This document shows positions 37,988 through 51,200 of a stretch of DNA of 64,000 nucleotides, one piece after another (position 1 is the stretch's first letter; the number at the start of each line of letters is the position of its first letter). The DNA is taken from positions 41,230,001-41,294,000 of the forward strand of contig OZ024748.1 of the NCBI GenBank assembly GCA_964016885.1, in the 5' to 3' direction. The translations under genes were made by a program, and so were the position numbers. The stretch comes from Eledone cirrhosa. Lineage: Eukaryota. The notes beneath the pieces are model-generated. The model was not told the origin of the DNA. It searched no databases and saw nothing but the letters and a program-made list of their open reading frames with translations.

Positions 37988-38650
37988 AAGCACCGTCTCT
38001 TCTCATTAGTTCTTCCTTCCTTTCAACCAGATGTTATCTGGCAAACCAACTCTGTTGATTACTAAATAAAACAAGAGAGATCTCCGGGCAAGACATTGCA
38101 GCCGTTTAACAAGCTCCAGCACGACTTATCTCCCTTGTTCAACTATATTTACCGTTTCTGTGAAGAACTATAAAAAGGCTCCTGAGACAGAGTTGGGATG
38201 GTTGGTGTGATAGGCGCCCTTAAACCCCGTCCGAATGTTTGCAATGCAGTGAACTCAGATAAGAGCATTCGTCATGGTCCGCGTGGTTTTGTTTTAATCC
38301 GGGCAACGGATTAAGTCTAGCAACCAAGTAAGCTACAGCTGGATTTAATTTGAGAATACAAAGTACTGAACCGGAATAAATACCGCAAGTGTGGGTGGGA
38401 GTGAGGGTGAGAGTGGGGTGGGAGTGAGAGTGAAGGATGGGTGGGAGTGCGAGTGGAGGTGGAAGTGAGAGTGGGGGAAGGAGGGAGAATGAGAGTGGGA
38501 ATGAGTGTGAAGGATGGGTGGTAGTGGGGGTGGGGGAGGGAGATGAGTGAGGGTGAGAGGGGGAAGGAGAGTGGAGGAAGGGTGGGTGTGGGTGTGTGAA
38601 AGAGAGTAAGTATCACGAAACCGAAAGAAAGCAGACGACATCAATATTGT

Positions 38651-38687
<37 letters not shown>

Positions 38688-38694
<7 letters not shown>

Positions 38695-39691
38695 GTTTAC
38701 ATATACATAAAGTTATAGATATATATGTTGCAACCGGTCACTTTGTGGCTCTATGAAGAATTAATAAATTAAATAATCAGAGCAATATATCATAAATCAT
38801 GTCTTTAGAATTATTAGATAAAATATATACCATTTCCTCTCCCAATCAGCATAATTAACATATAAAAAATCAATTAGACCAAGCTATAAGAATAAAGGCT
38901 CTTATGAAGAAATCTCCGACAAATAACCGAAAGTGGCCTCTTCGCGGTGGCCCCAATAGAGTATTTATCCAACATTTCGACAGCATGTAGAAACTGACTA
39001 AATATACCATCAACCATACACAATTAGGTGTAAATTAAAACTTTGATGAAATGCGTACATACCGTAATTATATCTCTACCATGGTTTCATCCGTATTTTT
39101 AGACATCCAATTAATAGGAAATGTCCAGAGATAGGATTCATCAGGAGACAAATTCAAAATTAGACATTTAGTTTTCCAAAGTGATCGCGCCAAAATTAGA
39201 TTTAAAAATGGCTAAGAATCGCAATGTGGCAGTGGTCAAGTTAGAAAGAATGTGATTGGTTGCTTACGGCGGGTAGGCTTGTTGCTAGATATCGCCAAAT
39301 TGTATCTCAACCTAACGGGAGATTATTAAATATAAAGGTTTACATATACATAAAGTTATAGATATATATTAATTGGATGTCTAAAAATACGGATGAAACC
39401 ATGGTAGAGATATAATTACGGTATGTACACATTTCATCTAAGTTTGAATTTACACCTAATTGTGTATGGTTGATGGTATATTTAGTCAGTTTCTACATGC
39501 TGTCGAAATGTTGGATAAATACTCTATTGGGGCCACCGCGAAGAGGCCACTTTCGGTTATTTGTCGGAGATTTCTTCATAAGAGCCTTTATTCTTATAGC
39601 TTGGTCTAATTGATTTTTTATATGGTTAATTATGCTGATTGGGAGAGGAAATGGTATATATTTTATCTAATAATTCTAAAGACATGATTTA

Positions 39692-39699
<8 letters not shown>
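38688..39699. mobile_element. Fold-back non-autonomous element between (TA)n tracts (Penelope-like architecture)
   Basis: Inverted arms of ~330 bp (38785-39116 and 39367-39699), plus a ~37-bp direct repeat ataaaggtttacatatacataaagttatagatatat at ~38688 and ~39332. It contains a hammerhead. Confidence 0.85.
39071..39150 (-). ncRNA. Minimal type I hammerhead ribozyme motif (family C, CCATGG stem III)
   Basis: The minus strand reads tgtctc-CTGATGA-atcc[..ggacatt..gatgtct..]ggat-GAAA-ccatgg-TA-gagata. Confidence 0.85.
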
Positions 39700-39789
<90 letters not shown>

Positions 39790-40345
39790 TATGTCAGGTC
39801 ACCAGTTGGTGCTACTGGTAACATGTATCCCAGTACAACCTGTCTCATGGTCGGGTCTTTGGTGACTAAACTGGCAACCCCACCAAGGTTTCTTGGTGAA
39901 GAGGGTGACTTTGGACATCCTGCAGGACTAAAAACAAAACCTGTCAAAGGGCAAAGGATCTCTTAAGAGTCAATGGCCATCCAAAATCACCGGGAGAGAT
40001 GACCCCTTAGCCTTTGTCAAGGCAGAATTCTAGGAGAAGGAAAACTCTGATATAACACCTGCAACTCTGATGGTATCCAATGATGTTGACTTGTTCTTCT
40101 TTTTGGTAAATATCATCTTGGTTAAGAGAGTGGGACTGGCTTTGTGCAGTGCCTTTGCTCACTATAAAAGCTTCACGGCACAGGCATTGCTTTATATCTG
40201 GAGATCTCTCTGCAAGTGTAGTGTTTGTACCAGAGTTTTCAAGTCGCTGGCTGGACTAAAAAGTCACACTCATTTAGCGCATCGGTAGGGGTTCTACATG
40301 GATATAAAGTAGTAGCCGTACTCGAAAACGAGTTGGCAGCCACCA
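39790..40345 (+). mobile_element. Probable internally deleted RTE-like LINE derivative
   Basis: The 3' part encodes a C2H2-like CSVCTRVFKSLAGLKSHTHLAH followed by a ctcg-aaaa-cgag stem and TA repeats, as at RTE 3' ends. The 5' part resembles RTE 5' UTRs (ctaggagaaggaaaactctga). Confidence 0.5.
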
Positions 40346-40357
40346 TATATATACATA

Positions 40358-40513
40358 TATAGCTAAAATTCCGTTATAACGAAAACCATTATAAGGAATT
40401 TTTCAGTATAACGAATTTTTTTTCAATTCCCAACACACGCTCGATCTCGTTATAAAGAATTTTTCATTACAACGAATTTGTTTATACCCAAAGAATTTCG
40501 TTATAACGGAATT

Positions 40514-40521
<8 letters not shown>
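40358..40521. mobile_element. pogo/Tc1-mariner-type MITE in TA context
   Basis: TIRs aaattccgttataacgaaa ... tttcgttataacggaattt(cacta), with internal ataacgaatt subrepeats. Confidence 0.7.
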
Positions 40522-40559
<38 letters not shown>

Positions 40560-40689
40560 AAAGTTATATTTAATTTGTTGGGATTCAACAAGCTTAAAAG
40601 TTTTATAACTGATATAAAGCACTCAACAGTTTACTGGAGTAAATATTCGATATATTAATAAATGGAAACTATATTTATAAAACCATAAT

Positions 40690-40754
40690 TATTTTATTAT
40701 ATATATTTCAAGAGCAACCAAGGCAGTTTTGGTGCGCTTTCATCAGATAAAATA
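40690..40754 (-). ncRNA. Minimal type I hammerhead ribozyme motif (family A)
   Basis: The minus strand reads tattttat-CTGATGA-aagcgcacca..tggttgctctt-GAAA-tatata-TA-ataaaata. Confidence 0.8.
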
Positions 40755-40862
40755 CAAAATTTGTTTTATAAATGTTGACATACCCGGTAGACTATCCAGC
40801 GAACCTCCAACCGTCAAGATCGTTTTTCTGTGGGTATGTCAACATCTATAAAACAAATTTTG

Positions 40863-40928
40863 TATTTTATCTGATGAAAGCGCACCAAAATTTGCCTTGG
40901 TTGCTCTTGAAATATATATAATAAAATA
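40863..40928 (+). ncRNA. Minimal type I hammerhead ribozyme motif (family A)
   Basis: tattttat-CTGATGA-aagcgcaccaaaatttgccttggttgctctt-GAAA-tatata-TA-ataaaata. Confidence 0.82.
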
Positions 40929-40969
40929 ATTATGGTTTTATAAATATAGTTTCCATTTATTAATATATC

Positions 40970-41036
<67 letters not shown>

Positions 41037-41193
41037 TATAAAATAAGAAGGAATAATAGACACAATATATATATACCAAGAGCAAGAATGAAGGGTTCAT
41101 TATACGGACATGGCTATAAAATTGAGGCTTGATTGCATAATTGCAAACGAATCGAATGTTATTATTAATATTAGAAAAAGTCAGATTACATTA

Positions 41194-41280
<87 letters not shown>

Positions 41281-41319
41281 ACGTACATACATATATGTAT
41301 ACAGACGTACAGTAGTATG

Positions 41320-41374
<55 letters not shown>

Positions 41375-41476
41375 CTACTGTACGCCTGTATACATATATG
41401 TATGTACGTATACATACTTATATTTAAGTAACAGCCGTACTAAGAGTGAGAAATGAAATTTCGTTTCATTTTTTCC

Positions 41477-41532
<56 letters not shown>

Positions 41533-41666
41533 CGTTTCTGAATTTGTTTAGCAAGATTCTTTATCTGAAAACGTGTGTTGAAACCGATATTGTTATACTT
41601 TGGGAGAAACAAGATGGCGTAGGACAGAACAAAGGAGAGGCACAAAAACAAAGAAAAGAATCCCCA

Positions 41667-41709
41667 GTCACTGAAGAGGTCACAGAATGTGTGACGAAAG
41701 AAATTTGAC
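41667..41709 (+). ncRNA. Possible hammerhead motif (tentative)
   Basis: gtca-CTGAAGA-g-gtcaca-gaatg-tgtgac-GAAA-gaaa-TT-tgac. Stem II is a good 6 bp, stem I is only 4 bp, and stem III is not palindromic. Confidence 0.35.
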
Positions 41710-41852
41710 AATATATAAACAACTATCTGGTTGTGGAACCAACCAACCAACCGGAAATTAATAAATTCCTAAATTTATAAATTTATAATAAATTGAAGTG
41801 AAAGTAATTAGTGCGTGTGTTTCTTATTGGCAACATGACCCTCCCAAAGTAT

Positions 41853-41920
<68 letters not shown>

Positions 41921-42444
41921 GTGTATGTTCATCATCTGGTTTTAGCGGGAGAGTCGGTTTCTAACATAGAAGACTCTTGTATCTGGGTTACATGATGGAG
42001 TAAATCTCTTTAAGACAGTGCTCCAGCCTGGCCGCAGTCTAAAGACTGAAACCAGTAAAACAAACATCAACTACTGGAGAAATTGGCAACGTATATCCTA
42101 TTAATATATAGAGTTAAACTTGTGATATCAACTTTAGAAGTGCTGGAATTGCATTAACTATTTCAGTTATAACAGATTAACGTTAAGAGTCAAAGGGAAG
42201 TAATTCTAGAACTATTTAGGAAAGGCATGGATGAATTCTTTCCCTTAATTTTTACTCGCTTGCATGGCATTGTCCTGTAATTTAATGGAGGCGTGAAGAC
42301 ACCGTATTAACATATAACTGTTCTAGGCCACCTTAAAACCCGGTGGAGCCGAATCCTCTCCAGGTCTGAATACAGCAGATTTCTTCCAAAGAAGAATAGA
42401 AAGTGAGAGAATGAAAGTGAGAAAGAGATATAGAGGAAGAATCG

Positions 42445-42580
42445 ACACCAGTACTAGACTGGTATTTTTTTTTCAACTTGGAAGGGATGAAAGTCACAGT
42501 TGACCTCGGCGAGATTTGAACGCAGAGTTCAGAAAATCGAAACGAATACTTCAAAGCATTCTAACGACTCTGCCAATTCC
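42445..42580 (-). mobile_element. tRNA-derived SINE fragment
   Basis: gactggta...gaagggatgaaag...gttgacctcggcgagatttgaacgcag, same family as 770-1250. Confidence 0.7.
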
Positions 42581-42633
42581 CTGCTTTATCGGTTTGAAAG
42601 TTACGATACAAGGACATCAACTGTGTTAAGACG

Positions 42634-42735
<102 letters not shown>

Positions 42736-43164
42736 CTGTGTGTGTGTATATATACTATTACCCACTCTACTACCCTAAGTATTGAGTACTTTGGTACGTT
42801 ATGGTCCATCTGGTTCCTTACCACATTTCCTTCGTTATATATATATATATATATATATATAGATGTATATATATATATATATATAGACACATGCATGCAT
42901 GTGTGTGTGTGTGTAGTCATCATTATTTAACGTCCATGCTAGCATGAGTTAGAGGGGTTATATATTCACCCTCCATACACACATGTATATCATGACTTAT
43001 ACACTATTCACTTCCCTGACATTTGTATATTATTCTATGTACCGTAGATGCACCTTTGATGAGTTGTAGTGCACCTGAGCACTGTACACAATAATTTCAT
43101 TATTATTATACTATTATAATAAAGAAAAAGGTGGTTAGAAAATATTGCCTTGTTTATCAAGAGT

Positions 43165-43292
43165 ATGTTGGTTTCTAGGTACAAGACCAGCAAATTTGGG
43201 TGAAGGACAAAGTTGATTAAATCAATCTCAATACTTCACTGGTACTTTATTTTATCGACCCTGGAAGGATGGAAGGCAAAGATGACCCTGGT
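43165..43292 (-). mobile_element. tRNA-derived SINE fragment
   Basis: ggtacaagaccagcaa...actggtactttattttatcgaccctggaaggatggaaggcaaagatgaccc. Confidence 0.7.
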
Positions 43293-44026
43293 GGTATGTT
43301 AACAAGAGTATATCATAAACTGTTTCAGAACGTCAGTAGCCCAGATGGGGTGATTGTTACAGCGGGTATCGTTGACCATTGGCCTTTGCACCGCCCCGCC
43401 CTACGTCCAGAACCCATCACCCTCTCTTCTTCCCTTTTATTCTGTAGCCCAAGAGTCTTTGCTTTTCCCTCCTTTTCCTCTCATTTATGGCATTTATAGT
43501 CCTTCCCTCTACTTCCTTACACTCCCACATCTTCCCTTCTCTACCCCTCCCTCTACTTCCCCATACCCCCAGATCTTGCCTTCTCTACCCCTCCCGCTAC
43601 TTCCCCATACCCCCAGATCTTCCCTTCTTTACCCTTCCCGCTACTTCCCCATGCCCCCAGATCTTGCTTTCTTTATCCCTTCCTCCATTTCTCATTACTT
43701 AATTTTCTTTTTATCTTTCCAGGTTTTTAAGGCAACTTAGTAAGGGAAAGCCATGTTTGAGAATAAACGTGAGTGTCGTATAAGAAGTATAAACGAGTGT
43801 AACTTACATGTTATTGTGTCAATGGTATGTGACCTTATTGTTGTGCTCAACTCTGGACACTTTCTAAAAGAATGTCTGCTTCAACAAAATATTTAAACCC
43901 AAGATACTGTATGATAGCAGTGAAATAGTATTCCTCACCACTTTAGAGATTGCTGACTGAATCTGATGCCTTAGACCTCATCTTACCAGATGACAACAAT
44001 ACGTTTCACTTATACAGAATGTCATG

Positions 44027-44101
<75 letters not shown>

Positions 44102-44131
44102 GAAGTAGCTTTTCTTTTACATTCTCTCTGC

Positions 44132-44188
<57 letters not shown>

Positions 44189-44209
44189 GAAGTAGCTTTC
44201 CTTTTACAT

Positions 44210-44251
<42 letters not shown>

Positions 44252-44278
44252 CGAAGAAATTGAAGAAAGAGAAGCAGA

Positions 44279-44384
44279 CCGAGCTGCCCAACTTGGGAGT
44301 AACATGTCTAAGAGGTCCTTATAAATATTAAAATATATTTATAAGGAGCTCTTACACATGTTACTCCCAAGTTGGGCACCTCGG
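44279..44384. repeat. ~106-bp imperfect palindrome
   Basis: ccgagctgcccaacttgggagtaacatgtctaagaggtccttataaatat / atatttataaggagctcttacacatgttactcccaagttgggcacctcgg. Confidence 0.9.
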
Positions 44385-44587
44385 AGGCTCAGAGGAAAGT
44401 AATGGGTTTAATTAGGAACCCTGAATGGGTATGAATACGATGTTAACATCGGAATTCATAACTCGGTGTTACAAAGTTAGCTGCTTATGTTTGATATATG
44501 AAGTGGCATGGGGATATTACTTTATTTTATAGCTAAGTGGCGTGTCATGTTACTCCGGAATTGCACGTGGACACTTACAGCATCATC

Positions 44588-44927
<340 letters not shown>

Positions 44928-45142
44928 TATATGCGATGGGTGCAGTTGTATATAAATATCTTTGGTGCTGACATGGAAGATAACTCCGTTACTATTAATC
45001 ATACGTTATCTCCCTTGTTTGAAGTGTTGAAAATGAAATGGAATTTAAATAGTACCAGTTAAATCTTCCCTTGATATAATGACTGGTACTTTATTTATCG
45101 ACCCCAAAAGAATGAAAGGCAAAGTTGACCTCGATGGGATTT

Positions 45143-45925
45143 GTGTGACAGTGGTGTGGTGTTGTGAGACAGAGGTGTGGTGTTGTGAGACAGTATATGA
45201 CATGAAGGTTTGATATTTAAACATGTTGAAGTGACAGCCAAACCCTGTGGAGATATGTTCTGTGGTCAAACTTTTAACTTTATATATAACATATGTTGTG
45301 AGACAGTGGTGGTGTGAGACAGTAGTGTGGTGTTGTGAGACAGTGGTGTGGTGTTATGAGACAGTGGTCTGTGGTGTTTTGAGACAGTGGTGTGGTGTTG
45401 TGAGACAGTGGTATTGTGAGACAGTGGTGTGGTGTTGTGAGACAGTGGTATTGTGTGACAGTGGTGTGGTGTCGTGAGACAGAGGTGTGGTGTTGTGAGA
45501 CTGTGGTATTATGAGACAGTGGTGTGGTGTTATGAGACAGTGGTGGTGTGAGACAGTAGTGTGGTGTTGTGAGACAGTGGTGTGGTGTTATGAGACAGTG
45601 GTGTGTGGTGTTGTGAGACAGTGGTGTGATGTTGTGAATCAGTGGTGTGGTGTTGTGAGACAGTGGTGTGGTGTTGTGAGACAGTGGTGTTGTGAGACAG
45701 TGGTGTTGTGAGACAGTGGTGTTGTGAGACAGTGGTGTGGTGTTGTGAGACAGTGGTATTGTGTGACAGTGGTGTGGTGTTGTGAGACAGAGGTGTGGTG
45801 TTGTGAGACAGAGTGTGGTGTTGTGAGACAGTATATGACATGAAGGTTTGATATTAAACATGTTGAAGTGACAGCCAGACCCTGTGGAGATATGTTCTGT
45901 GGTCAAACTTTTAACTTTATATATG
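45143..45925 (+). repeat. 16-21-bp minisatellite within a ~645-bp tandem duplication
   Basis: Units gtgtggtgttgtgagacagtg. The unique ~95-bp block tatatgacatgaaggtttga...ttttaactttatatat occurs at ~45194 and ~45832. Confidence 0.88.
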
Positions 45926-45996
45926 GCGACATATGAAGGTCGGGCTTCTTTCAAACCTTTCTCTCTCTCTCTCACTCTCTCTCTCACATACATACA

Positions 45997-46048
<52 letters not shown>

Positions 46049-46246
46049 TACACACACTCTCTCTCTCTCACACACACTTTCTCTCTCTCTGTCTCACGTA
46101 CACACACACTCTCTCTCTCTCTCTCTCTCTCTCACATACACACACACACTGTCTCTCTCTCTCTCTCATCTCTGTCTCTCACATACACACTCTCTCTCTC
46201 ACATATACACACTCTCTCTCTCTCTCTCACATACACACACTGTTTT

Positions 46247-46343
<97 letters not shown>

Positions 46344-46689
46344 TACACACTCTCTTTCTCACACACACACTCTCACCCACTCCCTCCCTCCCCCTCTCTG
46401 TAATTGACACTGTTTTTGTTTTATTTGACATGTTTCAGTGTTAAGTTCTGCCCCAATCCGCCGTATTTGTCTGGAGCAGCCGTCCCTCCAATATGGCCAT
46501 CCCTACCTAAATAGCTGACATCTTTAATTACCAATCAATAAACATTTACTAAATCTCAAATATAAAACATTCAAGGCTGAACTTTATACGAGATATTTAT
46601 TTATTTATTGTTTTCTACCCCAGGGTAAAGGGGGTGGACATTGTTCCCGACACTTCTGGTGGCAGTATCATCTAAAAGTCATCGGTAAA

Positions 46690-46770
46690 TAACAACAACA
46701 ACAGCAACAGCAACAGCAATAGCAGCAACAACAACAGCAGCAGCAGCAGCAGCAGCAACAGCAACAGCAG

Positions 46771-46808
<38 letters not shown>

Positions 46809-46866
46809 GCAGCAGCAGCAACAACAACAACAGCAGCAGCAACAGCAACAGCAGCAACAACCACAA

Positions 46867-46907
<41 letters not shown>

Positions 46908-46911
46908 ACAG

Positions 46912-46955
<44 letters not shown>

Positions 46956-47067
46956 ACGACAACAGCAGCAGCAACAGCAGCAGCAGCAACAACAACAACA
47001 GCAGCAGCAACAGCAACAGCAACAGCAGCAACAACCACAACAGCAGCAGCAACAGCAACAGCAGCAA

Positions 47068-47101
<34 letters not shown>

Positions 47102-47168
47102 TGCAGCAGCAGCAACATCAACAGCACAACAGCAGCAGCAACAGCAGCAGCAGCAGCAGCAGCAGCAA

Positions 47169-47218
<50 letters not shown>

Positions 47219-47353
47219 ACGACAACAGCAGCAGCAACAGCAACAGCAGCAACAACCACAACAGCAGCAGCAACAGCAACAACAACAGCAGCAGCAGCAG
47301 CACCAGCAACAACAACAACAGCACAACAGCAACAGCAACAGCACCAGCAACAG

Positions 47354-47388
<35 letters not shown>

Positions 47389-47401
47389 GCAACAACCACA
47401 A

Positions 47402-47442
<41 letters not shown>

Positions 47443-47446
47443 ACAG

Positions 47447-47490
<44 letters not shown>

Positions 47491-47602
47491 ACGACAACAG
47501 CAGCAGCAACAGCAGCAGCAGCAACAACAACAACAGCAGCAGCAACAGCAACAGCAACAGCAGCAACAACCACAACAGCAGCAGCAACAGCAACAGCAGC
47601 AA

Positions 47603-47636
<34 letters not shown>

Positions 47637-47703
47637 TGCAGCAGCAGCAACATCAACAGCACAACAGCAGCAGCAACAGCAGCAGCAGCAGCAGCAGCAG
47701 CAA

Positions 47704-47753
<50 letters not shown>

Positions 47754-47888
47754 ACGACAACAGCAGCAGCAACAGCAACAGCAGCAACAACCACAACAGC
47801 AGCAGCAACAGCAACAACAACAGCAGCAGCAGCAGCACCAGCAACAACAACAACAGCACAACAGCAACAGCAACAGCACCAGCAACAG

Positions 47889-47923
<35 letters not shown>

Positions 47924-48091
47924 GCAACAACCACAACAGCAGCAGCAACAGCAACAGCAGCAACAACAACAACAGCAGCAGCAACAACCTCAACAGCAGC
48001 AGCAACAGCAACAGCAGCAACAACAACAACAGCAGTAGCAGCAACAGCAACAGCTGCATCAGTAGCAACAGCAACAACAACAACAGCACAA

Positions 48092-48123
<32 letters not shown>
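46690..48123 (+). repeat. (CAG/CAA)n compound tract with internal 535-bp duplication
   Basis: The marker ctgcagcagcagcaacatcaacagcacaacagc recurs at ~47101 and ~47636. Frame-breaking units are present. Confidence 0.92.
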
Positions 48124-48125
<2 letters not shown>

Positions 48126-48282
48126 GTGTGTGTGTGTGTGCGTGTGTGCGTGTGCGTGTGTGTGTGTGCGTGTGCATGTGTGTGTGTGCGTGTGCGTGTG
48201 TGTGTGTGCGTGTGCGTGTGTGTGTGCTTAAATTCCTCAACACTCCTTCACTCCCACACTCAATAATACTGCACTCCACCCT

Positions 48283-51200
48283 GCAGACACATCCAAATCT
48301 CTCCCATATATAGTCACACATCACAACACAACCAAATCTCTCCTATATATAGTCACACATCACAACACAACCAAATCTCTCCTATATATAGTCACACATC
48401 ACAACACAACCAAATCTCTCCTATATATAGTCACACATCACAACACAACCAAATGTCTCCTATATATAGTCACACATCATAACACAACCAAATCTCTCCT
48501 ATATATAGTCACACATCACAACACATCCAAATCTCTCCTATATATAGTCACACATCACAACACAACCAAATCTCTCCTATATATAGTCACACATCACAAC
48601 ACAACCAAATCTCTCCTATATATAGTCACACATCACAACACAACCAAATCTCTCCTATATATAGTCACACATCACAACACAACCAAATCTCTCCTATATA
48701 TAGTCACACATCACAACACAACCAAATCTCTCCAATATATAGTCACACATCACAACACATCCAAATCTCTCCTATATATAGTCACACATCACAACACAAC
48801 CAAATCTCTCCTATATATAGTCACACATCACAACACAACCAAATCTCTCCTATATATAGTCACACATCACAACACAACCAAATCTCTCCTATATATAGTC
48901 ACACATCACAACACAACCAAATCTCTCCTATATATAGTCACACATCACAACACAACCAAATCTCTCCTATATATAGTCACACATCACAACACAACCAAAT
49001 CTCTCTCATATATATAGTCACACATCACAACACAACCAAATCTCTCCTATATTTAGTCACACATCACAACACAACCAAATCTCTCCTATATATAGTCACA
49101 CATCACAACACAACCAAATCTCTCCTATATATAGTCACACATCACAACACAACCAAATCTCTCCTATATATAGTCACACATCACAACACAACCAAATCTC
49201 TCTCCTATATTTAGTCACACATCACAACACAACCAAATCTCTCCTATATATAGTCACACATCACAACACAACCAAATCTCTCCTATATATAGTCACACAT
49301 CACAACACAACCAAATCTCTCCTATATATAGTCACACATCACAACACAACCAAATCTCTCTCCTATATATAGTCACATATCACAACACAACCAAATCTCT
49401 CTCCTATATATAGTCACACATCACAACACAACCAAATGTCTCCTATATTTAGTCACACATCACAACACAACCAAATCTCTCCTATATATAGTCACACATC
49501 ACAACACAACCAAATCTCTCCTATATATAGTCACACATCACAACACAACCAAATCTCTCTCCTATATATAGTCACACATCACAACACAACCAAATCTCTC
49601 CTATATTTAGTCACACATCACAACACAACCAAATCTCTCCTATATATAGTCACACATCACAACACAACCAAATCTCTCCTATATATAGTCACACATCACA
49701 ACACAACCAAATCTCTCCTATATATAGTCACACATCACAACACAACCAAATGTCTCCTATATATAGTCACACATCACAACACAACCAAAACTCTCCTATA
49801 TATAGTCACACATCACAACACAACCAAATCTCTCCTATATATAGTCACACATCACAACACAACCAAATGTCTCCTGTATATAGTCACACATGACAACACA
49901 ACCAAATGTCTCCTATATATAGTCACACATCACAACACAACCAAATGTCTCCTATATATAGTCACACATCACGACACAACCAAATCTCTCCTATATATAG
50001 TCACACATCACAACACATCCAAATCTCTCCTATATATAGTCACACATCACAACACAACCAAATCTCTCCTATATATAGTCACACATCACAACACAACCAA
50101 ATGTCTCCTATATATAGTCACACATCACAACACAACCAAATCTCTCCTATATATAGTCACACATCACGACACAACCAAATCTCTCCTATATATAGTCACA
50201 CATCACAACACAAACAAATCTCTCCTATATATAGTCACACATCACAACACAACCAAATCTCTCCTATATATAGTCACACATCACAAAACAACCAAATCTC
50301 TCCTATATATAGTCACACATCACAACACAACCAAATCTCTCCTATATATAGTCACACATCACAACACAACCAAATCTCTCCTATATTTAGTCACACATCA
50401 CAACACAACCAAATCTCTCCTATATATAGTCACACATCACAACACAACGAAATCTCTCCTATATATAGTCACACATCACAACACAACCAAATCTCTCCTA
50501 TATATAGTCACACATCACAACACAACCAAATCTCTCCTATATATAGTCACACATCACAACACATCCAAATCTCTCCTATATATAGTCACACATCACAACA
50601 CAACCAAATCTCTCCTATATATAGTCACACATATCAACACAACCAAATCTCTCCTATATATAGGCACACATCACAACACATCCAAATCTCTCCTATAAAT
50701 AGTCACACATAACAACACAACCAAATCTCTCCTATATATAGTCACACATCACAACACAACCAAATCTCTCCTATATATAGTCACACATCACAACACAACC
50801 AAATCTCTCCTATATATAGTCACACATCACAGCACAACCAAATTTCTCCTATATATAGTCACACATCACAACACAACCAAATCTCTCCTATATATAGTCA
50901 CACATCACAACACAACCAAATCTCTCCTATATATAGTCACACATCACAACACAACCAAATCTCTCCTTTATATAGTCACACATCACAACACAAACAAATC
51001 TCTCCTATATATAGTCAGACATCACAACACAACCTGATCTCTCTCTTATATATAGTCACACATCACAACACAACCAAATCTCTCCTATATATAGTCACAC
51101 ATCACAACACAACCAAATCTCTCCTATATATAGTCACACATCACAACACAACCAAATCTCTCCTATATATATAGTCACACATCACAACACAAACAAATCT

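Larger units (their letters stand above)
40648..40970. mobile_element. Fold-back element with two divergent family-A hammerheads
   Basis: Near-perfect arms of ~138 bp (40648-40785 and 40832-40970) with a ~46-bp spacer, ending in (TA)n. Confidence 0.9.

Noticed and set aside
39796-39880. HDV-like ribozyme at the 5' end of the RTE-like element (ggtcacc/ggtgact P1 with G-U)
   Set aside because: I could not find P3/L3, P1.1 or a catalytic-C junction in register.
46672-48324. Poly-Leu/Ala/Cys (or poly-Gln) ORFs
   Set aside because: Triplet-repeat artefacts with no unique coding flanks or splice context.
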